Shown: positions 6,694 through 15,436 of the stretch, piece after piece | Numbering within the stretch: position 1 is the first letter of the stretch | Layout: each line of letters starts with the position of its first letter | Origin: a bacterium | GTDB taxonomy: Bacteria; JAMCPX01 | Reading direction: 5' to 3' | Length of the DNA stretch: 37,229 nt | Assembly (NCBI GenBank): GCA_021787655.1 | Contig: JAJYLM010000002.1 | Coordinates: forward strand, 1 to 37,229 | The notes under the pieces: generated by a model | Told to the model about the DNA's origin: nothing | Databases searched by the model: none | What the model saw: the letters and a program-made list of their open reading frames with translations, nothing else | Translations under genes and position numbers: made by a program

Positions 6694-8625
6694 TCATTGA
6701 TGCTTCAGGCGGTCAGCCATCTCCTGCCGTTTCAGGATCATGAACTGCCGCCGCTGACTGTTCCTGCACCGTGCTATGGCTTCATCAAACGCCGGAAGCG
6801 CGTCCTGCGGGTCGCTCATCTGTTCAAAAGCAAGCGCTTCCATCAGATAGCCGGTCCACGCGCCGGGCTGGAGCCTGATGAAAGCCCGGGCAAGCCGCAG
6901 GACGTCCCCGGGTTTATGCTCCTGGAGAAGGCTGTCCGCGGTAAGGGCGAACACGTGCTCATTACCCGGCTGTAACGCAAGCGCCCTGGTGCCGAACTGC
7001 ACAGCTGCAGCGAAGCGGGATGTACGGTACGAAAGATCCGCAGACGAACTGTACAAAAGGAAATAGTAGTTTCTCACATCATACCCGGTGCCGGAATCCG
7101 GGATTTCTTCAGGATCCACGGGTCCGTAGTTTTGGAGCAGCACGCTGTGCAGGTGTTCCAGGGTTGACTGCGCTGCGTCGTACATACCGGCACTGTAATA
7201 TACCGAAAATATCCTGCTCCACACGACAGGATCGTCCGGCGATAATGCCGCAGCCATCCGCGCCTGATCCTCGGCAGCAACGATGTCATGATTGCCGGCG
7301 AGCGTATCTGCAAGAAACGCCCGGTCTCTTCCGTTTTCAGGCTGTGACCATACCTGATACTTCCAGAACGTCAGATCGTCTCTCCAGGCACGTATCGAGA
7401 CCCTGTCGATGGCGACAAACGAACCGAGCATGAGGATAAGGGCACCGGCAATGCCGGCACGTGCAAGAATGCTGCCCCAGGCAGTTCTGCCCCTGATACC
7501 CTCTTGTCCGGAAACGCCGGGCATACCCTCAGAGGGCAGCGATCGTGCGAGCCATCGAATGCCCAGCACGAACACGACAGCGGGACCGATCAGCGGGATA
7601 TAGAGATACCGGGCAGCCCCCTGGTAAGCCATAGGTATGAGGCCGCTTGCAAACATGAAGTTTAAATAATACCAGCCAATGAAGAATACGAGGGTTTTGT
7701 GTCCTTTCCTGTATGCAGCATAAGTCAGCAGGAAAATCGTCATCAGCAGAAAAGCACTGCTCAGAAACTGCGGCGACAGAACCCTGGTCACCGGATGGTC
7801 CGGGTATGCAACCAGATGGATATAGAAAGGGAACACGATCGCAAGGGGATACTGGGCAATACCCGCGAACGTGGTGATTGTGGTGAGGACCTGGGTATGC
7901 AGGCTGCCGCCGCCTGACGCGGTCGTAAATCCCGTTTTATGGACAAAATGGAGGTACAGGACCCCGGTCGCAAGCGAGAGCAGCCAGAAATAATATTTCT
8001 CCGCGATGTTCTTCACGAGGGACTGATCCGTATACAGGAAATCGTACCACACCAGCAGGACCGGGAATATGACGATATTCGGTTTGACCAGCAGGCCTGC
8101 AACAAAGCAGAGGAACGTGAGCAGCAGGCCGGTGCGCCAGTGCTCCTGCCTGAACCTGATGTACGCTGTCATGGCGAGCAGCAGGAACAGCGTGGAGAGC
8201 GTGCTTTTCTGCTCCGAGATCCATGCCGCGGTCTCGGCCTGGACGGGATGAAGCAGAAAGATGAGAGCAGCCAAAAAACGGTAGGACCGCTCCTTGATAA
8301 AATACCCGAGCATAACGAAAACGAGGATACTATTGGTGATGTGCAGCAGGAGGTTGACCAGGTGATAACCGGCCGGTGAAAAGCCCCAGAGCCTGAATTC
8401 CGCGAGGTAGACCAGGCTGTCCAGCGGACGGACCATATTCGCGTAGGGCTTGAACAGAAGCTTGATGATGTGCCCGGATAACGGGTTGCTCAGGTACGGA
8501 TTGTTGAATACATAGGCAGGATCGTCGATGGAAATGTGGCCGAAGGCCGCAACCACGCCGAAAACGAGAAGTCCGGACACGAGGAGGACTAGCGGGTATC
8601 CGGCCTTTTCCATAAACCGTTTCAT
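6694..8625 (-). CDS. TMTC-like GT-C glycosyltransferase with a C-terminal TPR domain
   Basis: The N-terminal polytopic region carries HISIDDPAYVFNNPYL and RPLDSLVYLAEFRLWGFSPAGYHLVNLLLH, the signature of TMTC/DUF1736-type O-mannosyltransferase-like proteins. The C-terminal ~200 aa are helical TPR-like repeats. Confidence 0.7.
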   Translation of the reverse strand: MKRFMEKAGYPLVLLVSGLLVFGVVAAFGHISIDDPAYVFNNPYLSNPLSGHIIKLLFKPYANMVRPLDSLVYLAEFRLWGFSPAGYHLVNLLLHITNSILVFVMLGYFIKERSYRFLAALIFLLHPVQAETAAWISEQKSTLSTLFLLLAMTAYIRFRQEHWRTGLLLTFLCFVAGLLVKPNIVIFPVLLVWYDFLYTDQSLVKNIAEKYYFWLLSLATGVLYLHFVHKTGFTTASGGGSLHTQVLTTITTFAGIAQYPLAIVFPFYIHLVAYPDHPVTRVLSPQFLSSAFLLMTIFLLTYAAYRKGHKTLVFFIGWYYLNFMFASGLIPMAYQGAARYLYIPLIGPAVVFVLGIRWLARSLPSEGMPGVSGQEGIRGRTAWGSILARAGIAGALILMLGSFVAIDRVSIRAWRDDLTFWKYQVWSQPENGRDRAFLADTLAGNHDIVAAEDQARMAAALSPDDPVVWSRIFSVYYSAGMYDAAQSTLEHLHSVLLQNYGPVDPEEIPDSGTGYDVRNYYFLLYSSSADLSYRTSRFAAAVQFGTRALALQPGNEHVFALTADSLLQEHKPGDVLRLARAFIRLQPGAWTGYLMEALAFEQMSDPQDALPAFDEAIARCRNSQRRQFMILKRQEMADRLKHQ

Positions 8626-8634
8626 CCGTGTACT

Positions 8635-9804
8635 CTACTGCGGTGTGCTGGTCAGATCAATGACGGTTATTTCGGGGGGTGACAGGAAACGAAGGGGAGG
8701 CCCCCAGGTCCCTGCACCCCGGTTGACGTACAACGCCGCATTCCCGCCGAGCGGCAGAAACCCCGCATCGACAATGTACGAGAGCTTCGTGATCAGGCTG
8801 AACGGAAATATCTGGCCTTTGTGCGTATGACCTGAAAGCTGGAGGTCGAACAGCCCGGTACTCCTGGTATCGATGACGGGTCTGTGTTTGAGCAGAACAG
8901 TAAACCTGTCCCGGGAACACCGGGTCAGCAGTTCCTTCTCGTCGGCGTCCACAAAGGCGCCGAACGGCTTGCCTGCCGGGTCATCGACCCCGGCAATATT
9001 GACGAGCCCCCCGACGGACACCTGCTGCCCGCGCAGTATGACGAAGCCGGCCTGTTTCGTAAATTCGAGGGCGTGTTGAATGCCCGCATAAAATTCATGG
9101 TTACCGGTGATTGCAAATTTTCCGTACCGGGGACGGATCGCCTGCAGCATTTCGGGAATGCCCGAGAGTCCGTTGATCTGCCCGTCGAGCAGGTCTCCCG
9201 TGGAAACGAGGATGTCGGGCTGTGCCTCCTGAATTTTGCGGATGAGACGCTCCACCCTTTCCTTCCGGATGATGAGGCCGATATGAACATCAGAGATCTG
9301 CACGATTCTGAGATGCCCGGTCCCTTCGGGCAGTTTCCCGGTCGTTATCGCAAGCCTTTCGGTACGGATGGTCCGGGCTTCGAAATATCCGTACAGAACG
9401 ATGGCCAGCGAGCACACGAGCGGTCCAAAGAATGACAGTTGTGCCGACGGCATCAGAAAGCGCAGATTCGAACGGACTATGAGGGAGACGAGGGAGACGA
9501 TACCATGATAGATATCGGTCAGTCCTGCAGTACAGACAAACAAAAACAACGTTCCCATCCAGATATACCCGGTATACGCAAAGAACTGCGCGATGGTCTC
9601 GTGGTGGTGCTTCTCGAAATAATAGATAAGGAGCGGCGAAACGATCATCACGAGCATGACCGCGGCGAGCACCATGCCTGCAGGGAAGCCGAAGCCCAGG
9701 GCAGCCCGCGCCTTGAGAAATACATACAGGTGCGCAGCGGTGTATATCAAAAAGAAAACGGACAGAAATACTTCCAATATTGCCTCCCTGCTCTTTATGT
9801 TCAT
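8635..9804 (-). CDS. Membrane-anchored metallophosphoesterase (calcineurin-like)
   Basis: About five N-terminal TM helices are followed by the MPE motifs IVQISDVHIG, GDLLDG, GNHEF and GHTH. ATG 9804 (MNIKS...) has GAGGA/GGAG upstream. The track start at 9849 is a TTG. The gene lies 9 nt upstream of the TMTC-like gene, so the two are probably co-transcribed. Confidence 0.75.
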   Translation of the reverse strand: MNIKSREAILEVFLSVFFLIYTAAHLYVFLKARAALGFGFPAGMVLAAVMLVMIVSPLLIYYFEKHHHETIAQFFAYTGYIWMGTLFLFVCTAGLTDIYHGIVSLVSLIVRSNLRFLMPSAQLSFFGPLVCSLAIVLYGYFEARTIRTERLAITTGKLPEGTGHLRIVQISDVHIGLIIRKERVERLIRKIQEAQPDILVSTGDLLDGQINGLSGIPEMLQAIRPRYGKFAITGNHEFYAGIQHALEFTKQAGFVILRGQQVSVGGLVNIAGVDDPAGKPFGAFVDADEKELLTRCSRDRFTVLLKHRPVIDTRSTGLFDLQLSGHTHKGQIFPFSLITKLSYIVDAGFLPLGGNAALYVNRGAGTWGPPLRFLSPPEITVIDLTSTPQ

Positions 9805-10040
9805 AGCGCTCCGGTTCCTCACAATACGTGGTAACCGTAAAAAATGCAAGAAGGGAAGACGCCCTGCCGGTCATGGTTTGCAGGAATGGACTTTTTAACG
9901 GGAACGTGGTTACATGGTATACATTACTGATATTCAACGAAACGTTTTTTTTCCCGGAAAAATGTGGTAAAGAGATTACCGGGGGGCACTTTTCAACTTC
10001 GGTCACCGCAGCCCCTTCGAAACCAAAAGGAGGTTGAAGC

Positions 10041-12386
10041 ATGAAGAAAGGAATAGTAGGTATACTCTTTCTGGCCATTATGGCATACAGTATGAATGCA
10101 GCTGCAGCGCAGGCATTGATATCATTTAAATTCTTTCACAAGCCCATACTCACCGCTGTCCCCGGAGAACCCCTGCAGGTGTCCGCAACAATAGATCCTG
10201 CCAGCAAGGTCGCCTATGCCTCTCTCCTCTACAAATCGCCGTCGGACAAGTATTACAAGGCGATCTTTCTGAAGCGATCCTCCGGAGACACCTTTTCAGG
10301 TGTCATAGCATCAACGGACATCAACCCGCCCAAACTTATGTACTACATTACCGTGGTGGACACGGACGGTCAGTCCCACATATTATTCATGGGCCCGAAT
10401 AATCCGCAGATCGTCGATGTCGGAGAAGTGAATGTTCAGTCAGCGGAAGAGGCGTCCGCGATGGAACAGGAGCTTGCCCTGTTCAGCTCCGAGGACGTCG
10501 TTTATTCTGCGGCACGGCATAAGCAGAAGATTACCTCTGCACCGGCATCGGTCACGGTCCTCACCCATGAAGACATCAAAAGCGTGGGAATGTCCCTTTC
10601 CGACATCCTTCGAACGGTACCGGGCATGGATGTTTCTTATATCAACCCGGGATACACGATCTTCAACGAGCGCGGCTACGGTACCGAAGAAAACAACCTC
10701 ATGCTGGTCCTGGTCAACGGCAGGGTGCTGAACAACACCTTCTACGGCCCCCCCTTCATCGAAAGTCTTCCGATCCCGATGGATGACATCGAGAGGATCG
10801 AAATTATCCAGGGTGCAAGTTCGTCCCTGTACGGTGCAGATGCTGTGACCGGCATCATCAGTATAACGACACGCAAGCCCGCGGCAACCCCGACATTTAC
10901 GATATCCGGCATCGGCGGGCTTTTTTCCGATCTGCCGCAGTCATTATTCAGCTCCTATGACGTTAACGTAGAGGCGCAGGGACAGACGGGTACAACAGGA
11001 TTTATCAGCTCAGTCGGGTACAAACGTGCGCCCGATTTCGATGCACCGGATCACAACGCTGCCATCGTACCGAAGGCGTGGCTGTATGTAACGCACGACT
11101 TTTCCAAAGACCTCAATGCATCGCTGGAAGCCGGCTACGACAAACCCCAGTTCATGCTCTACACCCTGCTCCAGAACCTCTGGACGTACGCGCAGGAGAC
11201 CTACATCAAGCCCCACGTCGAGTATAAAAACCTCAAGATAGACGCATACTGGTTCGGGTTTAACGTCAATGTGCCCCTGTTCATCACCCCGTTCAACACC
11301 ACCATACCGCTGCTCAGTGAAAATCTTTCCGGCACAACCAACACATACAATATCGACGTGCAGTACAACCTTCCTGAAATACCCTACAACAAGGTCATCA
11401 TCGGTGCTGACGCCAACTACAACACGTACAGTTTTCCGGAGCTCGAATCCTCCTATAACAATGTCGACCTGACAAGGGAGCTTCTGTACGGGGGATTCAT
11501 CCACGACGAGGTAGGCCCGTTCTACAAGTTCCTGCTGACACTCGATGCGCGGTACGACCACTACTCGGTAACGCCGGCAGGACTGAGCTACCGCGGCAAC
11601 CTCTCGTATGCCATAACATCCGGTCAAACGGTCCGCGTATCGTACGGTACGGCGTTCCGGAAACCCATCTATGTCGAATCGCAGTTTATCCCGAAGATAT
11701 CATCGTCGTTCATTCCAATCCAGGGAACGCTCATCGGCAACCCCAACCTGAAGAACGAGTTGATGCGCACCACGGAGTTCGGGTACATCGGTGAATGGGG
11801 AAAGCACGTCAGGACAGAACTGACGGCATACTACGATGAGCTGTATAACCTCATCTATTTCTATACGAACCTGTCCACAGCCTCACAGTTCCAGTTTCTG
11901 AACAGCGGGACGAGGTATGTATCGCACGGTGGAGACGTCAGCCTCGAGTACGAGCCGATCAAGGCCATAAAAACGTTCGTCAACTATTCCTATCTCGACC
12001 GGGAGGACAACCTCACCGGGTCGGTTGGCAATTACGTGACGCAGGACTTCAACATCGGGGCCCGGTACGCCGTCACGGATGGACTGTTTGCGAGCATCCA
12101 GGGTGATTACACCTCAGCACGGACCGCACACATTGCTGACCCCAACACACTGTATACCAATACCGTGGTCCAGTTGCCTGCATATTTTATCGCCAACGCG
12201 AAGGTCGGGTATACGTTCATACCGCACCGGTTCGAGCTCGGGTTTTACGTATTCAACATGTTCAATGACATCCACCACGAGTATCCCTTCATCGACCTGC
12301 CAAACGCCGCGCTCACCCAGAGCACGGTCTTCGGCGGCGAGGAAATCAGCAGGATGTTCATGCTGTATACAAACATTTATTTTTGA
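10041..12386 (+). CDS. TonB-dependent-receptor-like outer membrane protein with an extra ~130-aa N-terminal domain
   Basis: AAGGAGG at 10027-10033. Signal peptide MKKGIVGILFLAIMAYSMNAAAA. Plug motifs are APASVTVLTHEDIKS, ILRTVPGMDV, MLVLVNGRVLN and IERIEIIQGASSSLYGADAVTGIISITTRKP. The beta-barrel ends ...MLYTNIYF*. Confidence 0.8.
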   Translation: MKKGIVGILFLAIMAYSMNAAAAQALISFKFFHKPILTAVPGEPLQVSATIDPASKVAYASLLYKSPSDKYYKAIFLKRSSGDTFSGVIASTDINPPKLMYYITVVDTDGQSHILFMGPNNPQIVDVGEVNVQSAEEASAMEQELALFSSEDVVYSAARHKQKITSAPASVTVLTHEDIKSVGMSLSDILRTVPGMDVSYINPGYTIFNERGYGTEENNLMLVLVNGRVLNNTFYGPPFIESLPIPMDDIERIEIIQGASSSLYGADAVTGIISITTRKPAATPTFTISGIGGLFSDLPQSLFSSYDVNVEAQGQTGTTGFISSVGYKRAPDFDAPDHNAAIVPKAWLYVTHDFSKDLNASLEAGYDKPQFMLYTLLQNLWTYAQETYIKPHVEYKNLKIDAYWFGFNVNVPLFITPFNTTIPLLSENLSGTTNTYNIDVQYNLPEIPYNKVIIGADANYNTYSFPELESSYNNVDLTRELLYGGFIHDEVGPFYKFLLTLDARYDHYSVTPAGLSYRGNLSYAITSGQTVRVSYGTAFRKPIYVESQFIPKISSSFIPIQGTLIGNPNLKNELMRTTEFGYIGEWGKHVRTELTAYYDELYNLIYFYTNLSTASQFQFLNSGTRYVSHGGDVSLEYEPIKAIKTFVNYSYLDREDNLTGSVGNYVTQDFNIGARYAVTDGLFASIQGDYTSARTAHIADPNTLYTNTVVQLPAYFIANAKVGYTFIPHRFELGFYVFNMFNDIHHEYPFIDLPNAALTQSTVFGGEEISRMFMLYTNIYF

Positions 12387-13666
12387 TGTTTAGACGTGGA
12401 GTACTGCTCCTGTCCCTGCTCCTGCTCACCGGTACGGTGGTGCATGCAGACGGCCATGTCGATGCGATCTCCATAGACGGACCCATCGGGCCTGCGTACG
12501 CAAATTATGTTCCGGAATCTATCCGGCAGGCAGAAGCGGACCATGCGAACGCCCTGCTCATCACGATCGATACCCCGGGAGGGCTCGATCTATCCATGAG
12601 AACCATTGTCAAGGCCATCGAGGATGCAAAACTGCCGGTCATCAGTTTTATCTATCCATCCGGCTCCCGTGCTGCATCTGCAGGTGTGTTTATCGTCATG
12701 GCGTCCGATGTAGCGGCCATGGCGCCCGGAACAAATATCGGTGCCGCACATCCTGTCACCCTCGGGCAAAAGCTCGGCAAAGAAATGGAAACAAAGGTCA
12801 CCAATGATGCGGTTGCCTACATCAGGAGCATCGCACTGCAAAAGGGCAGGAACGCTGTCTGGGCAGGACAGGCAGTATCGCAGAGCGTTTCGATCCCTGC
12901 GGATCAGGCAGTCAGGATCCACGTCGTCGATTTTACCGCCTCGACCATCCCCCAGCTTCTCGATGAGATCAGCGGCCGGACGATCAGCAAGCCGTCCGGC
13001 GAATACGTGCTGCATACCAGGAATGCCGTCGTCCGCCAACTACCCATGAGCCTCAGGGAGAAACTCCTCATGGTCATCAGCGATCCCAATATCGCCTACA
13101 TCTTCATGATCATCGGCATGTGGGGCATCTTTTTCGAACTCGCAAGCCCCGGTGCCATAATCCCGGGTGTCATCGGCGCACTGTCGCTTATCCTTGCTTT
13201 TGTTTCGTTTCAGACTATACCGGTTAATTATGCGGGGATACTGTTGATCATACTTTCAATCATCCTGTTTATCCTGGAGGTGAAGATCGTGAGCCACGGC
13301 ATGCTTGCCGTCGGTGGGATTGCATCCTTCGTGCTGGGGTCATTGCTCCTGTTCGACACATCCTCAGCCTCGTACTCTGTTTCCTGGAAACTCATTGCAA
13401 CAGCAGCCGTGCTGACAGCCCTGTTTTTTATCGTTGCGCTCGGGCTTGCTCTCAAGGTCAGGTTCAAAAAGCCACAGACAGGAAGAGAGGGCCTGATCGG
13501 CCAGGCCGGTAGTGTAAAGGAAGTTCATCATGATAAGATCAAGGTGTTTCTCGACGGTGCCTACTGGGACGCATACAGCGAAGATAAAACCATTAAATCC
13601 GGTGATAAAGTTATTGTAGAAACTATAGAAAGTGGTATGCAGTTAAAAGTAAAAAAGGAGGTTTAA
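12386..13666 (+). CDS. Long NfeD-type membrane-bound ClpP-class serine protease (stomatin-operon partner protein)
   Basis: The ATG at 12386 shares its A with the TGA stop of the OMP gene (TGATG). The ClpP-like N-domain carries ITIDTPGGL and SRAASAGVFI. A central block of TM helices follows. The C-terminal NfeD OB-fold reads GREGLIGQAGSV...GDKVIVETIESGMQLKVKK. Confidence 0.8.
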   Translation: MFRRGVLLLSLLLLTGTVVHADGHVDAISIDGPIGPAYANYVPESIRQAEADHANALLITIDTPGGLDLSMRTIVKAIEDAKLPVISFIYPSGSRAASAGVFIVMASDVAAMAPGTNIGAAHPVTLGQKLGKEMETKVTNDAVAYIRSIALQKGRNAVWAGQAVSQSVSIPADQAVRIHVVDFTASTIPQLLDEISGRTISKPSGEYVLHTRNAVVRQLPMSLREKLLMVISDPNIAYIFMIIGMWGIFFELASPGAIIPGVIGALSLILAFVSFQTIPVNYAGILLIILSIILFILEVKIVSHGMLAVGGIASFVLGSLLLFDTSSASYSVSWKLIATAAVLTALFFIVALGLALKVRFKKPQTGREGLIGQAGSVKEVHHDKIKVFLDGAYWDAYSEDKTIKSGDKVIVETIESGMQLKVKKEV

Positions 13667-13669
13667 CAT

Positions 13670-14425
13670 ATGGGTTCTGTCATAACAGTCATTGCTCTCT
13701 TTGTCGCTTTGGTGCTTATATCCGGGATAAAAATTCTCAAGGAATACGACCGGGCGGTTTTGTTCAGGCTCGGAAGGCTTATCGGCGCAAAGGGACCTGG
13801 TATCATCTATGTCATTCCGTTTGTCGATAAGATGTTCAAGGTCAGCACCCGGGTCGTAACCCTCGATGTTCCTGCGCAGGACGTTATTACCAAGGATAAC
13901 GTTTCCATCAAAGTGAATGCGGTTGTTTACTTCAAGGTCATCGATCCGAACAAGGCCATCACCGAGGTCGAGAACTACCTGTTTGCGACATCCCAGATCG
14001 CCCAGACGACGCTGCGAAGCGTGTGCGGCCAGGGCGAGCTCGACAAACTGCTGTCGGAACGGGAAAAGATAAACATGGAACTGCAGGAGGTCATCGACAA
14101 GCACACCTCCCCGTGGGGTATCAAGGTTTCAACGGTCGAAGTCAAACAGATCGATCTCCCGCAGGACATGCAGCGTGCCATGGCTCGCCAGGCCGAAGCA
14201 GAACGGGACAGAAGGGCAAAGGTCATCAATGCCGAGGGAGAGCTGCAGGCATCACAGAAGTATTCCGAGGCAGCCGCCATCCTCAGCAAAGAGCCTGCTT
14301 CGCTCCAGCTCCGGTACCTCAACACGCTGTCCGAGATTGCCACGGAAAACAATTCAACGGTCATTTTCCCCCTGCCGCTCGACATCCTGAGCGCATTCCT
14401 GAAAAAGCTGCAGGAGAACAAGTAG
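13670..14425 (+). CDS. SPFH/band-7 stomatin-like protein
   Basis: AAGGAGG at 13655-13661, and only a 3-nt gap after the NfeD gene. N-terminal TM helix, then the SPFH core ([32 protein letters not shown]) and a coiled-coil tail [23 protein letters not shown]. Confidence 0.85.
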   Translation: MGSVITVIALFVALVLISGIKILKEYDRAVLFRLGRLIGAKGPGIIYVIPFVDKMFKVSTRVVTLDVPAQDVITKDNVSIKVNAVVYFKVIDPNKAITEVENYLFATSQIAQTTLRSVCGQGELDKLLSEREKINMELQEVIDKHTSPWGIKVSTVEVKQIDLPQDMQRAMARQAEAERDRRAKVINAEGELQASQKYSEAAAILSKEPASLQLRYLNTLSEIATENNSTVIFPLPLDILSAFLKKLQENK

Positions 14426-14531
14426 CGTTCTGCTGAGCGTTTGCGCACCGGGGGGTATACAGGCATGCCGTTCTGTCCGGCAGAACAGGCGTTCCTGGAC
14501 GGAAGCATGCCGTCATGGTCATGAGAAGCAC

Positions 14532-15380
14532 ATGGGGAAAATAACCAAAGAGGAAACGTTCATAGACTCCGCTGACCGGCGTATTCACCTCGATATCTTC
14601 AACAATGCAGGAGAGAAGAAGGCCGTCGTGTTTTTCCCGGGAACCGGAACAGCATCGGAATTCTATGCAGTCTTCCTCGAAGCCATCGCATACAAGGGAT
14701 TCAATGTCATCGGCATCGACCCGGCAGGCCACGGGCACTCCTCCGGGAAACGGGGCGATTTTACCATGGAAGAACTCCTTGCAAACCTCAGGGACACGGT
14801 ATCCTACGTTCAGCATAGATTCGGGGGTAAAACCGGTATCATAGGAAGCGGACAGGGCGGCATCGTCGCCTACTACGCAGCGCTCGAGGGTATTCGGGTC
14901 GATGCAGTCGTTGCACACACTGCCGCACTCGTCTATCAGGATTATCTGCATATCGTGAGGAACCCGGGTTTGATCAGGAGACTTCTCCCGGGTATAGCCT
15001 ATCTCCAGCGCCGTTTCCCGGGCGTCAAACTGCCGGTTTCAGGCTATCTGAACTGGAACGACGCATTCACCAGCCGCAAGATGCTGAAGATGTTCAAAAA
15101 CGATGCACTCTTCACCGGCTCCTACACGATCCGGGCGATCGCTTCGCTCAAAGATTACCGGCCCCTCCTGAAGGGATTGCCTATGCCGCCGACCATGATC
15201 ATCACCGGCACCGGTGATCGTATCATACCGAAGGACGTGTCAGAGCGGGCATTCTATGCCTTGAAGGGAAACCTCCATACCTATGCCGAAATCGAAGGTG
15301 CTGCCCACATGCTTCCGCTCGAGCACATGGCGCAGATGCTTGACCGTATAGAAGACTGGTTTGCAGCGAGACTCGGGTAA
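14532..15380 (+). CDS. Alpha/beta-hydrolase fold protein (lysophospholipase/monoglyceride-lipase-like) with an atypical nucleophile elbow
   Basis: VVFFPGTGTASEFY, GIDPAGHGHSSG, TGTGDRIIP and GAAHMLPLE match the alpha/beta hydrolase layout. The nucleophile elbow reads IIGSGQGG instead of GHSMGG. Confidence 0.65.
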   Translation: MGKITKEETFIDSADRRIHLDIFNNAGEKKAVVFFPGTGTASEFYAVFLEAIAYKGFNVIGIDPAGHGHSSGKRGDFTMEELLANLRDTVSYVQHRFGGKTGIIGSGQGGIVAYYAALEGIRVDAVVAHTAALVYQDYLHIVRNPGLIRRLLPGIAYLQRRFPGVKLPVSGYLNWNDAFTSRKMLKMFKNDALFTGSYTIRAIASLKDYRPLLKGLPMPPTMIITGTGDRIIPKDVSERAFYALKGNLHTYAEIEGAAHMLPLEHMAQMLDRIEDWFAARLG

Positions 15381-15436
15381 CGCGGGGAACATGCATGTGG
15401 TTTTCCGCTGCAGTCATGGTAGGGTAGGAACCGTGT

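Noticed and set aside
9850-10040. Cobalamin or other riboswitch in the leader of the BtuB-sized TonB-dependent receptor
   Set aside because: I could not find a B12-box-like core or any other conserved riboswitch motif by eye. The leader is short and AT-rich. An Rfam scan is needed to exclude it formally.
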